A stretch of DNA of 63,667 nucleotides, filler included, from Choristocarpus tenellus KU-1152 (lineage: Eukaryota > Protista > Phaeophyceae), in the NCBI GenBank assembly GCA_964200185.2. It is 12 parts of 12 records of this genome, joined end to end, with 100 filler letters (N's around TTAATTAATTAA, not from the genome) between each part and the next. Parts side by side here need not be neighbours in the genome. Positions count along the whole stretch, not along the records: positions 1 to 5,157 come from CAXNAD020011674.1; positions 5,258 to 9,009 come from CAXNAD020018150.1; positions 9,110 to 14,705 come from CAXNAD020010296.1; 9 more parts are not named here. The stretch is one strand, 5' to 3'. Position 1 is the stretch's first letter. Each line of letters begins with the position of its first letter. The position numbers and the translations under genes were made by a program. The notes under the pieces were generated by a model, which worked only from the letters and a program-made list of their open reading frames with translations, was not told the DNA's origin and made no database searches. Positions 1 to 12,073 of the stretch are shown here, in pieces.

Positions 1-60
1 ATCTCTACAGACACCAAGCAATCTCGCCGGGTTTATCACCTTTATCCTCTTTGATGATTT

Positions 61-560
61 TGGGGATACCTTAACTGGAGGTACTGCCTACAATCAAGAC
101 CAAGATGCCTTGGTTGCACGGGAAGCACATTGTTGTTCAGCAAGGCGGTGGCACCCCCCACACCGGCAAGGGCAACTCAGAAATCTTGTCAGGGACGGTG
201 AAGACTAGGGGGTGGTCGATTAGGCTTGTAACACAGCCATCTAACTCCCCCGACCTCAATATCGTGGACCTGTGCTTCTTCAGGTCATTGAAATACCGGT
301 TGATGGGGGAGTGGTTTAGGTCTGTTGATTAAATGGTGGAGGTCATTAGAAACAGTATGAGTATGATGAAACCGCACTTGAGAGGGCTTGGCAGTTCCTT
401 CTTGTGCTGTACAATCAAGTACTTAGATACTAAGGGGAGAATGACTTCAGTGTGGAGCACACAGGGGTAAGGAAGAGGCAGTTGTCTGGTGAACTTGAAA
501 ACATGGGGAAGGTAGACATGGAGACTTTTTCTGTGGCTGATAAAATTGTGATGGATAGGG
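61..560 (+). pseudogene. Tc1/mariner (DD39D, plant-mariner-like) transposase C-terminal fragment, degenerate
   Basis: Reads IVVQQGGGTPH...QPSNSPDLNIVDLCFFRSLK, matching the QQDNAxPH...QPPNSPDLNxLDLGFF signature. The second catalytic D is lost, and stops/frameshift follow 332. Possible right end ...GACTCGGAG-TA at about 716-726. Confidence 0.8.
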
Positions 561-1816
561 AGTAATTATAAAAAAAAGAGCTGGCCCTACTCTGAAATTC
601 GTCAACAATTCCAAATCTTCTTTCAGAAATGAATTTGATCATCTTCAAAAGTTATGGACAAAGTGGCGCAGAATTATGGCATGGAGGTAGTAGGAGCAAA
701 ATGGGAAACTTGTGTGACTCGGAGTATACTATTGAACCATTGTATTGCATGACTTCATTAATACAAATTGAAGTGAAATATATAAACAAAACATCATTGA
801 ATATGTCATCAGGGTATCAATAGCCTAAGGTTGGTGGTATGTAGTTAGCATACCAATCAAGGTACGAGGACTGAGAGTATGGATTCAGCATATTAATCAA
901 CTAAAACACGAGTGACGTTGATGGATGTGATCAGTATTGCATCAAGCTCATGGTCAAGGTCCGAGGGCATGCGATCAGTAATGCAGTCAGTCTGTATGCG
1001 AGTTGAGATATGTATGTGGCCCGCATATAGATCTCTTGTATCTTGTACAAATAGAGGATACTCAGAATAAGGATACAAGGAGCAAACGCTATACGATGTC
1101 AACAAAACTATTGGACAAGTGTTTGTGATGGGACATTGCTATACGAGTGTTATACGATGATTTTGATCAACACTCCGATGCGTGAAAGCACATCCACGTG
1201 CTATATGATAAAAAAAACCCAACATAGCTGACGATGAGATAAAATATGCAATGTGTGCACATATTCTCCTTCGTGACATTCTGAGAACGATTGGAATATT
1301 GCTCATGACGACTACAATGTTCCAAGTGGATAACTCAGATGTATGATGTTGGTGGCTCGACTCTCAAAAGGATACGAGGTGACTGTACGATCATTTCATC
1401 ATGTCGGGGATTACGACACTTGAGAAAACAAAGAACAAATGTCACTCACCTGAAGCCTTAATTTCGTAGCTAGTGGTATACCTGAATCTTTGTTTTTAAT
1501 AGAATTAGTCATTTCATGATCAATAAAGTACATTCCACGAAAACAAAATATATTTCATGAAAAGCCACCTCTGTCACACAGGTGCTAATGTACCCAGTGA
1601 TGCGGTCTCTTCACCACTGCATGTGTCAACTAATGCAAACGAGGAGAATTGGGAGAAAAATTTATTGTATTATAAATTTATCTAAATACCACCAACATAT
1701 ATGTATAGTCCATTTGCAAGGATTGATAATCCTGCTAAACACGAGATATGAAGTCAGAGCTGGTCGTGAACAGGGTAACTGCCATCTGTTGCCAGTTACT
1801 TGAACTCTAAAAAAAC

Positions 1817-3900
1817 TTACGTACTATACCCGTCTATGACAAAATGACAAACGATTTGTCTAAACCAGATGGATGACATATTTATCCATTTATGATATGT
1901 GGGTAACACGAGATCTGAGTCAAGACACACGAGACAAAAATAAGCAAACACACAGACAAACAAAAATTGGCGACGATATGTACCACATATACATATGATG
2001 ATCTCTTTTTTGAAACGATAGGTTACACTATTTGGGAAATGCATGATATACAGACTAGGCAAAGGAATATTTCTCTGATCTGCTGGACAACACCTTTTGA
2101 ACTGGTTTCTGACGAGCCTTGCCAATTGAACGTCCCTTGCAATACTTCTGCCACTCACCTGTCAAAATAATGCCAGGCTCCTTGGCATACTTTCAACTCG
2201 TGGCAATGTCCCAGTCGGTGGTGCATCTGATAAATGTCAATACGCATAGTGGCGCTCACTCCCCCACTCGGCCCCACAGGGCATTGAGATGTGCTGCTTT
2301 TCCAGCAAAGGCCAGCTCATCAGTTGCCACAATATCCTCCTCTGACGTTGCCTTCACTCCAGTCGACCACTCAAGATTGACATCAACTCTGGCCATCTTT
2401 GAGGTAGGCCTCTCCTCCCCATTCGTCCCCCCTGGGTCGATGGCATCTCCTGCAACTCGTCCAAGAGAATACTCTCCAGTCGTCAGAGGGTCCTCCTCTG
2501 ACATTCTTTTCTCCTCAGATGTTCCTTCTAAGACGATATCTACTCCAGCACTTGTTGGGGCAAGTGCATTTGTATTTTTCAAATTCAAAGTGATTGAAAG
2601 CCACAGCGACATTTCATAGGAATAAACTTTGTCTTGGTTGCTTAATTTTGTGAGAGGGAAAACGCGCGAAATTTCATACATGGTGCAGTTTTTCAGTTTT
2701 GGGGAGCTTGTTTAAATGAGGCACCATCTGGTGCCATGTCGTGTTCTTGTCCACGCTCTATTGTTTTTTTTAGGCGTATTATACCAACCTCACTCAATGA
2801 CGATCATGTGTGTTTTCCCCTTGTTTTGTCTTAACTGCGCATGATGTGTAGTGCGTATATAACAACTCCTTTCCAACCAATCCCAAGTTTGGAACATCTT
2901 TTCTTCATTTATTGCTATCTGGTGTGTGATATCTTCATAGCACAGGATCCTTTGACACCAGAGTCGCTAATTGAAATCCAGATTGAAAATTCGTGGGTGA
3001 TTCAACGACCATACGACCTTCCACACCATTGGTCCATTGATCCTCTCTAAATGGTTGAACATAATGCATAATTTGGTCAACCTATACAAATAAGTTTGTG
3101 GGCATCTCCTTTTTTTTTCTCCATGAATTGTATTGTGTCTGTGCCAATGTTACAGGTTAGAGTTGGGGTCGTGAGGTGTGGAAGCACATGGAGTCAAAGT
3201 AAAATTCAGCTTTTGTATAAAAATTCCCCAAGGACATTTTCTGAATTGTATCGAAATGTTCCAAACAAAAATAAACTCTCTCGAGTCAAAGTTGAAAAAA
3301 CATCCATAGAAATATTGGTGAATTGGAGAAGACTGAAAAACAGACTTCAAGTACAAAACGGCCAAAACCTGGAGACCCATCGTATACTTTGGGTCACAAA
3401 GATTTTGAATGCACACTATTTGATATCTTGGCAATCATGATGTATGGGGTACAAGGGAGAATCTCCTTTCTTCATGCTGAAAATTTTATGTTCCGAGCCC
3501 TTTTGAGGTCATTCTGGATAATAAACATAATAATTTTTTTCCAATGAGTGACTGTATTATTTCAGGTTGGGAAGAGTGAGATAGTGGATTTTAATGGTAA
3601 TCCAATACTCTTTATTCTTCAAGGTTGTGATTCACATCAATGTGAACAATGTACGCATGATGTACAACCACGGCAAATGTCTGCCTCCAGTTAAATTGTT
3701 ATCAAGGAAAGGGGTGGGTGCAATTGTGAAGCAAGACGCATTCTCGTAACCTCCAAAATCCCTATTTAGGAACTATTGCTTGATCTGGGTCGGAACAAAC
3801 AAGATTTCTTGAAGGTGTTTCCAAGAGTGAATGAGGTCCAGGTCATCCTATGACCTTCCATTTTCCTTCTGAGTCATTGAAAACAAATCCTTGTGTGTGT
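1817..3900 (-). mobile_element. Highly degenerate Ty1/copia LTR retrotransposon pol relic
   Basis: Minus strand gives a GAG-pre-integrase-like IDIYQMHHRLGH (about 2207-2241), then CKGRSIGKARQKP. A frameshifted protease-like FDS/CAS.H motif lies upstream (about 3165-3200). Protease-before-integrase order fits copia. Many stops. Confidence 0.5.
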
Positions 3901-4337
3901 CATGTGCAAGGTGGTAAAGGCATGGCCTGTCAAGAATTGTGCCCATACTTACATAATATCCATTGCCCATAGCATGCCTTCAGTCATGGTTATATTTTTT
4001 GCTGCCTCCCTTTGTAACCCTAGCATCTATTTGTCAGGGTTACGAAATTGATTTGTAATAATTGAGGCAAGATTACAGTCAAAAGGCAAACAGCACCACC
4101 AAATGCACTGCCATGACAAGTACCGAATAGCAAGCAACTCAAGAGCTCGAACTTTCTCATTGCCGTTGTGATCTTAATTAGTTTAATTTGACTCTTGTAT
4201 ACACCCTCAAAGGGAAGAAAAAAAATACTTCAAGGAGTCCCAGGGCGGAGATAGGCTTGTAATTTATTCCTTGAACAATAATATAGACACCTTAAATTGG
4301 ACTAGATATTTCGTATCAATAATTTAATATCATTGAT

Positions 4338-4501
4338 GCCTTAAAGCATGTGGGGGGGGAGGGGGTTCTACACCAGGGTTTCTATTCAGGTCCTGACCAG
4401 GAAAGGTGCACTCACATTATTCACCAAATCACCCAAAAATCGCGACAAGGAAAAACGGGTCCCGAATGGATAGACGCCACCCCCCCTAGATACTTTGACC
4501 T
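4338..4501 (+). mobile_element. MITE subfamily B (G-rich TIR), complete copy
   Basis: GCCTTAAAGCATGTGGGGG...CCCCTAGATACTTTGACCT, flanked by a TGAT duplication. Matches the copies at 23232, 43251 and 47667. Confidence 0.75.
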
Positions 4502-5120
4502 TGATATTTACTATCACAGTTGGTGCACCAAACCCTAACCATAAACAGTGGAAAATAAATATGTAACTGTGTATACAAAAATATTAAGACACAAATAGCT
4601 CAAGCAAATCCCAAGGTTTCAGGGCACTGAAACTGACTCGTACTCAAACCTCCTTTATGTGAATATATATTTTTTGTTGGCCACGGTGCCAAAAGCGAAA
4701 GATGCGAGCGTCCGAAAGTGCTTCCTTGCTCGCTCCACTCTTGGTGTTGGCCGGTCTCAGTGGAGGCATTGGAAGCGGAACATGTTGCTGTCCTTGCTGA
4801 AGTTGCTGAGACCTGGACAAGGGGGAGGTTGAGGATTTGGTTTGTTCCCCCACCAAATGACCCCCATGATCTGCTAGCTCCCAAACTGGGACAAGTTTAG
4901 CGGTTTCTGAATAACATGTCTTTCTTACAATATGGACAACAAAGAGCTCAAAGAAACAAGAGAAGAAGAGATGATCTTCAGGGTGACGGTGGTGGTGTGC
5001 TAACACCTGCTAACACACCACATGGGGGATAGAAGGCGGCAGGAGGAGGGGGGAAAATATGGAGAGGCAGAGGAAAAGAAGAGCAGAGATCCACTATACC
5101 ATTTGAAGAATGCGCCACTA

Positions 5121-5157
5121 GGCCCAAAGTATCTGGGAGGGGGTGACGGCTGTCCAT
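5121..5157 (-). mobile_element. MITE subfamily B end, truncated at contig edge
   Basis: GGCCCAAAGTATCTGGGAGGGGGTGACGGCTGTCCAT runs into the spacer. Confidence 0.75.
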
Positions 5158-5257
5158 NNNNNNNNNNNNNNNNNNNNNNNNNNNNNNNNNNNNNNNNNNN
5201 NTTAATTAATTAANNNNNNNNNNNNNNNNNNNNNNNNNNNNNNNNNNNNNNNNNNNN
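5158..5257. other. Artificial contig spacer N44-TTAATTAATTAA-N44 (also 9010-9109, 14706-14805, 19110-19209, 25095-25194, 35860-35959, 39108-39207, 44594-44693, 53362-53461, 56601-56700, 60433-60532)
   Basis: Identical 100-bp structure with stops in all six frames, present 11 times. Genes do not continue across it. Confidence 0.97.
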
Positions 5258-5989
5258 CCTCTGTTTGCCGTTGTTCAATCACTCATTTGCCAACTTGTGC
5301 GCCCCCCCGCCGCTTCCCCCCCCCCCTCCTCCCCGCCCCCCATCCCAATCCTCTTCTTACTCCTCTTCATCCTCCTCTTCTTCCTCCTCGTCTTCTGGCG
5401 CATAGTCACCGGCGCCCCTCCGCACCTTGCGACCTTTCCCCTTTCCACCCGTGCGGGAAGAGGGACACTTGCGCTTTCTAGTGGTGATTAGTGTCAAGTC
5501 CGAGTCCGAATCCCGCACTTCGAACCCACGAGAACGCACTACCGTAAGACCCAGGAGCACGTTGAACGGTGATCAGTACTACGAACGGTTTGTCGTTTGA
5601 TAGAACAATGCCCTACTACGGTCTTCATCATAGGAGACACTTATTGAACGTTCCTGTACAAGGTGCTGCGACCGGCACACATGTCACTGCTCTCTACACG
5701 ATAAAATACAGTGGCGGTTTGACTTGCCTCGCAAGCAGACGGATGCATAGCCCCTGCTTGAGAGAAGTGAAACCGGCAAACTCCTCGCGACTCAGATAGC
5801 TCATTGTGACCGCGTTGTGGTCGACCTGTGGTGACGAGGTCTCACACACTTCCTTCAGTACCTCAAAGGACTCTGGTTGAAGGGACTTTACGCCTTGCTG
5901 CCAGTTTCGCAGAGTCGTTTTCGGCGGGGGAGTAACGCCCACCTTCGCGATGGGCAGAAATTGAAAAATATGATGCACTCAGTCAGCCA

Positions 5990-6365
5990 GGATGAGGCAT
6001 CGTTATTACCACGCCAATGGGGTATGTACGAGTGTGTGGGGGGGGTATTCTTCAGCGGCCTGGCCTAACGATAAAATAAACAAGAACACTTTTTATTGTT
6101 CGTGTGTATACAACACAGACACAGCATGTGGTTGCCCACGAAGGAGAGGGTTTGGTTCGCAAAATGACGCATCGTGTGTTTATTAATTCAGGCAACACCG
6201 CAACGGTCCGGGCAAGGAGTGGACCTTACCCGGGGGAGGGGGGGGGAGGCGGTATGATACTCAGCGGCCTGGCCTACCTAGTGATGAAAGAAAAAACTGT
6301 TCACTTCGTCTGTGATTTTGCACACACACATACTACATGGTCACCCGAAAATCAAGAATTTGGTT
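5990..6365 (+). repeat. Two diverged ~210-bp direct repeats inside an intron of ParB-like gene 1
   Basis: CAGCGGCCTGGCCTA...CACA...CATG...CCC.AA...TTTGGTT occurs at about 6053 and about 6263. Confidence 0.55.
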
Positions 6366-6517
6366 GACAGGGTTGCTAAACGCAGGATAACTATCTCAAC
6401 TTAAGGTGTATAGGAGGACACAGAGAGATTTCACAACAGCTGTAACCCCAAAAGAGGAGGAGTAGAGCGCCACCATCCCACCAACGTTGACAACTCCCTC
6501 ACGTTTTTGTACATTTT

Positions 6518-6769
6518 AAGTGAAAGTATCTTAGAGGGTACGAATTCCTGTTTGTCCATTTGGGGCTTGGCTTCCCATGACTTTTTTTATGATATTTTCC
6601 TACTCCAAATGGTTAGGAGTAGGTAAAATTTATACGTTATGAAAAGGTGTGTCCTAAACATAGATACTGACTCTTCATCACAAACACGATAGCCAAACAC
6701 ATCAAAATACTAACATTGGATTTTGACCCCCAAATGGATATGGCTCTACCCTTCAAGATACTTTTGCTC
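6518..6769 (+). mobile_element. MITE subfamily A inserted in exon 2 of ParB-like gene 1
   Basis: AAGTGAAAGTATCTTAGAGGGT...ACCCTTCAAGATACTTTTGCTC with TTTT TSD. Excision restores in-frame IRKMYKN before a GTGAGG donor. Confidence 0.85.
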
Positions 6770-7849
6770 TTTTGCGGATCTCTGCTAGTGACGCTTCTTT
6801 AAAATTCGTCTGTCACTTGATAGCTTCTTTGAGCTCGTGTTGAAAATATACCTTATCGTACAGCGTGCGCTCAACCACCTCTCGGTCGCGTCGTTGAATG
6901 CTATAAGTGTGGCGGTGCAGTGGGCAAACAGGGCAAGGAGTAGGTGGGAAGCGGTCACGGGGCACACGCGGCAGGCAGTAGTGAGCAACATGTTGCTGCC
7001 GCCAGAAATACCACGAAGGATAAAAAAGATCAACAACGAAAAGATCAGCAACAGGCTGACTGACGATGAACCAAACAAAGGAAACACGGCAACAACTTGG
7101 TAGATAAGAAGAGTCATCAGGCGATCATGGAACAACAACAGCACTCAACTTACTTAGTTGCTTAGTTGATCAGAAGAGTCAGGCGATCATGGAACAACGA
7201 CAACACTCCATCACCCACCGTTGGCAATTAGCCTCTCTTCTGCTTGGTTGAACTCCGTGTAGACCCGCATCATGAAAGTGCGTTCGGGATCAAATTCTCT
7301 CTTCAACACTGTTATTCTATGGTTTCCGTCCAGTATTCGTCCTTGAATAGCAAGCGCAGTGTCGGCGGTGATCTGGTCCCCGTTGCCTGAGCAGTCTTGT
7401 TGGATGACGACAGACGGAGCAAACTGCTCGAGCCAGCCTTTTTCACGGATGGACTTGCTGACGCGTGCAAGGTCACGCTCGCTCAGGGGACGCACCATCT
7501 CCGTGCATGTGATGTTGCCGAGTTTCATCTTGTACTTGCTGAGGTAGTGATATTCGAGGAGTGAGGACATGCTTGGCATTGCTGTACGACGCTCTTGATC
7601 CGTGGGCAGCGCCATCGGCAGGCAGGGGGCTCGTTGATGAGCGAATGTTGGACATGGCGAAGATTGGGAGGGTGCGACGGGGATAGTTAAGAAAGAGCTG
7701 CTGGTGGTATGTGTGGAAGGGAAGGAATGGAAATGAGGAGTGAGGGCTGGGAGATGCTTTATTTCATCTGGTTGGTCGGTCCCCAAAGAACTCAGATTTC
7801 TCTTTCTGTTGATAATTGTGTTTTAAATACGATTATCGAACAGTGTACG

Positions 7850-8830
7850 ATTTCATATTTAAAACAGATAGAGAGTATCAGTTTTTCGTGACCTTTTCGT
7901 TTCAGAATGTTTCAAACGTATTAGATCAATGAAGTATGTGGTTTGTATTTTTATTTGTTGATATTAAGAATAGAATATTTTTCTAATTTCATAAAAATCC
8001 TAATGCACGTGTTTTGGCCGTTCAAGGGTTTCGGGTGGTCCGACGGATCGCCCGAAACTCAAAAACCGCTTTTTGTCGACTTTTGTATTTTACAATACAA
8101 AAGTCGACAAAAAGCGGTTTTAGTATTTAAAAACATTATAGGGTACCAGTTTAAAGTGACCTGTTAGTTTCTGAACATTGGAAACGTATAAGACCAATAA
8201 AGTACGTACTTTGTATTTTAGGGTAAGAACGGATATAATCGGATTTACTATTTCTAACAACCCTATTGCACGTGTTTTGGCAGTTCCAGGGTTTCGGGTG
8301 GTCCGACAGATCGCCCGAAACTCAAAAACCGCTTTTTGTCGACATATGTATATAAAAAAATACAAATGTCGAACAATATAAGATTTTGTATTTTAAACAA
8401 TTAGAGGGTGTCAGTTTTTTTTAACCTTTTGTTTTCGGAACATTGGAAACGTACAGATCAATTAAGTATGTGCTGTGTATTTAAAAAAATTGAAATTACG
8501 AATATAATCGAATTTTAATTTCTAAAAAACATAATGCATGTATTTTCCGGATCATGGATCTCAGGGTGGTCCGATGGATCACCCAAAACTCAAACATCGT
8601 TCGTACGCCTGGCTTCGAATTCAATTCTATTGTGCCCAAGACCGACCGTTGCCTGAGACCAGATTAGAATCTAGTTTTAATTTCATCACAGCGAGAATAA
8701 ACGCGTTTTCCAGAACACGGATTTTATTTTGGTCCGACGGGTCTCTTCAAACTCAAACATCGTACGCCCGGCTTCGAATTCAATTCACTCCTAGACCTTC
8801 TCAATACCCAAGACCCCTGTTGCCCGAAAA
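7850..8830. repeat. Tandem array of ~265-bp units (3 plus a partial 4th) carrying iterated palindromes
   Basis: GTTTCGGGTGGTCCGACGGATCGCCCGAAAC at 8028 and 8291 (one mismatch), decayed at about 8558 and 8725. A perfect 28-bp-arm inverted repeat spans 8062-8121. Confidence 0.85.
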
Positions 8831-10349
8831 CACCATGACAGTTGCTCCCACAGCAAGGGGATGGCTTTTGTCGCCTGCGCCACCCCCTGTGTTGCCCCCT
8901 CATCAGCCTGCCAACAGTGATGCGCTGGAGCTTTCTACCAATGACATTTCTACCAATGACGCTTCAGCGACCGGCGCCAAGCTTCGCCAAGAATGGGCTG
9001 AACCCATCCNNNNNNNNNNNNNNNNNNNNNNNNNNNNNNNNNNNNNNNNNNNNTTAATTAATTAANNNNNNNNNNNNNNNNNNNNNNNNNNNNNNNNNNN
9101 NNNNNNNNNCCCCTCCCCCCCCCCACATACTTTGAGCCTCCACCTCTTCCATAGTAGTTGCGACAACATATTAAAGAAGTTCAAAAACAAAACTAGACAT
9201 GACCAGCTTATTTCCACCCAGGGTAAAAAACCCGACCACAAAACAAAACATAAACTCCTCGACTCCCAAGATGTCCCTTCAATCCTGTTGGGATGTATCA
9301 GAATGAGACCATAACAAATAGATTGGTGGGGTCACCCTCCCTTCTCGTGGAAGCAACATGTTGGTATGGAGCGAGAGGGTTAAGTAGAATGATATTCTGT
9401 TTTCGGGAATTAGATACACATCAACCACTCACTGTGAATAACAATGAGAAATAAATGGAGATTGGTTTATACGCATGGCCGTGTTGGATCTCTGTGTTGA
9501 ACACAATTATTTAATTAAGGTGATTGTGAGATAATCGATTAAGTGGTGTGGAATTATATTATTATTGAAACGATTATTTTGGTCACAAATTTTGACTTAG
9601 AACTTCACTTCCTTACCTTGTTGAGTGGTAAACTAACAGTGCAGACTACTACTACATATATACCTCTATTTCTTCTACCATACAAACTACATGTAGTTGT
9701 ACAACAATTAATTAAACTGTAGATGACTCGATTTCTTCATGAACATTGGGTTCAGCACTTCCCCTGGTTGCCCCTCAGTCTCCTCACTCGGATCTGGTGC
9801 GTACTCCCTCCCTTCACAAAGAATATCCCCACCACAATCCAGATCTTCTACATACTTTTTTGTGGTTTATTTAGCGCTAGATAGTACGGTCAAGGTTTAT
9901 ACCTCCCCAATACATCACTTGATACGTAGTCCACCAAAATCAAGTCTTCTCCAAAGAAATCTGGTCTCAGCTGGGGTTAGAATTCCCACACTCCTGTTGT
10001 GACTGAATCCAGAAGAAACCACCTCAGCTACGTGGACAAGCTCATGGTGCAGCGTGATGTTGGAGGTTATGATGTGTTTAGGAATACAGTTATTTTTTGG
10101 GTGAAGTAAAATGCTCCAAGTCCTAGGAGGCGTAGGAGGAGTAGGACTTGATGCTTGATCAAGTAGTGAGGGTTGTGACAGAGGCCAACTGAGGGATGCA
10201 GTGTGATGTACACAATCGTAAGATCAGCAGTAGATACTTGAAGGCGGCGAAGATATTTCTCTTGGAGGATCATGGATATTGTGAAGGGTGAAGTGTGGTG
10301 TCAGTTGACATGGTTCTAAGAATAGGATTTAACAGTTGAAGCGGTAAAA

Positions 10350-10900
10350 TGTTTCTCTCATTACTCCATGAACGGCCAATATCCATTCCAGGGAGTAGGT
10401 GGAGGTTAATTGTTTTGTTGCTGTCTGATCATAGCACCCTCTGTGATTCTCAAACTTGCACTAGATCTTTGAAGACCTCAACTCTACATAGACTAGCACT
10501 TTCAAAATACCTTCATCAGTGGACGACAAAGTAACTAAATGTTCAAATAAGCAAAATACTTTATCCCTGTCGGAAGTATAGTCTTCTGGGATGAGGAGGT
10601 ACAGGTCAGCAAGATACTGCGATTGGCAGTGAGCTGTATACATACCCTTGTCCCTGAGCAAAGAATCCCATACACAAACACCAAAATGGGAACGTGTGAA
10701 AGACCTACAACCTGAAGCTTGTGGTCAGTGAGACAGGCAGTAGGTATCATGAGACTGCCTACAGAATCTGGCCTTTGGAGACTTGTTCAGCTTTCATAGA
10801 CTGGAAGAATTTGGGGGTTTTGACCCCAAACTTCTCGAGGATATCTGGCTTCGATGATCCAAACACTATTTCACATCAATTACATCTTATCCATCTACAC
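10350..10900 (+). mobile_element. Very degenerate copia-like integrase relic
   Basis: Fragments resembling VDD and PYTxxxxGxxER (CCATACACAAACACCAAAATGGGAACGTGTGAAAGA, about 10668-10703). Multiple frameshifts. Confidence 0.3.
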
Positions 10901-12073
10901 AGAAGAACACTGGAAATTCAAACAAGGTGGCAAGAGTTCATTGTGAAGTTGATGCTGAGGCAGGTTCAGCACAAGATTCGAGGAAGGAGGTGTACCAACA
11001 AACGGTGGGATGACTGAACCCAACATGGGAGAAGCAGGGCATGAAAAGAGGCAACATAGTCATCGTGCAATGAAAGTTACGTTTGTTCGTCTGACAACAT
11101 CAGAATTCCGTAAAATGCCGAAACACAGCAAAATACGAGGGAGAGGAATTCAACATCAGTTGTGGGGTGCGTACTTGTTTTTGTTTTTTTATCATATGCA
11201 CAAAATGCTAAGCATCTTGCAACAAAGGACTTTCTAAGCTCTCTTCAACTCTACCGGGCACTTGGTCTTGGATCTCCCCCTCACGTAAAACTATTGCACA
11301 AAAAAATGCACTTACTACTATAGTAATTAGAACACACAAAATGTGAGACAGCAAGTAGACGCACGGGGCCAAAAGGAGAGGTACAAGTAGTGTACACCTG
11401 GGGAGACCCTGGCAAGACACCATGTCACAACCATGCTTGCCTCCTTGTACCTTCGTGTTTCCCATCATTACAATACTCACTGCTCCAACAGTTCTTGCAA
11501 GCTTGTGGCAAATTTTGTCCAGATCAAGTAGGGAAGGAGATTGGTCCAATCAGCGAGGGGTGGTGATGGTGGTTTACCCTGCCTCAACTCATAGAAACTC
11601 TTTCGATGATTGTGCAAATTTTACAACTTTGCAGTCAGGGGGGTCATTTCACCAAGAGGTTGCTCGGTGGAAAGTGAGGCCTCTAGCAGGCCAAGCAAAG
11701 ACTTGCATGGTTTACACTTGACGAACCACCTGTCATTATGTCAAATTAAGTACATGTCAGTAAACCAGAGATTACGTAACCTGTATCCTATTGACATCCT
11801 CCCCAGTGACCATGTAATTAGATGCACTGACCGCTACTGCAACATACCTCTCACCATTCCACACCTACTTCATTACCACAAGTTGATCACAGAATCAACA
11901 TCAAAGGTGGTAGATAAATACTACAATAAGGGTAGAGTAGGGTTCAAGTCACGACGAGTCTTACTTAGTTATCATGATGATACTCGAGACATCCTGAATA
12001 AATTTCTCTTCTTGGCAAACACCACCCTAGCTTTAAAGCTCTGGATCAAATCACACCAGCCCGAGATCAACAC

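Larger units (their letters stand above)
5258..7615 (-). pseudogene. Spliced gene 1 encoding a ParB/Srx-fold-like N-terminal domain, possible HTH-like region and acidic tail; inactivated
   Basis: Exons 7615-7219, 6900-6503 (with MITE 6518-6769), 5942-5728 and 5612-<5258 have consistent splice phases. Exon 1 reads VRPLSERDLARVSKSIREKGWLEQFAPSVVI...ILDGNHRITVLK...VYTEF, a ParB-N-like GxxR motif. Carries a frameshift near 6880 and in-frame stops near 6812 and 5570-5580. Confidence 0.7.

Noticed and set aside
5158-5257. Recurrent TTAATTAATTAA palindrome as a biological site
   Set aside because: It is always centred in N runs of identical length, so it is a six-frame-stop joining linker.
7219-7615. 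Sulfiredoxin as the identity of the ParB-like domains
   Set aside because: The motifs are DGNHR and NGQHR without the catalytic Cys of GGCHR, and both proteins have long C-terminal extensions.
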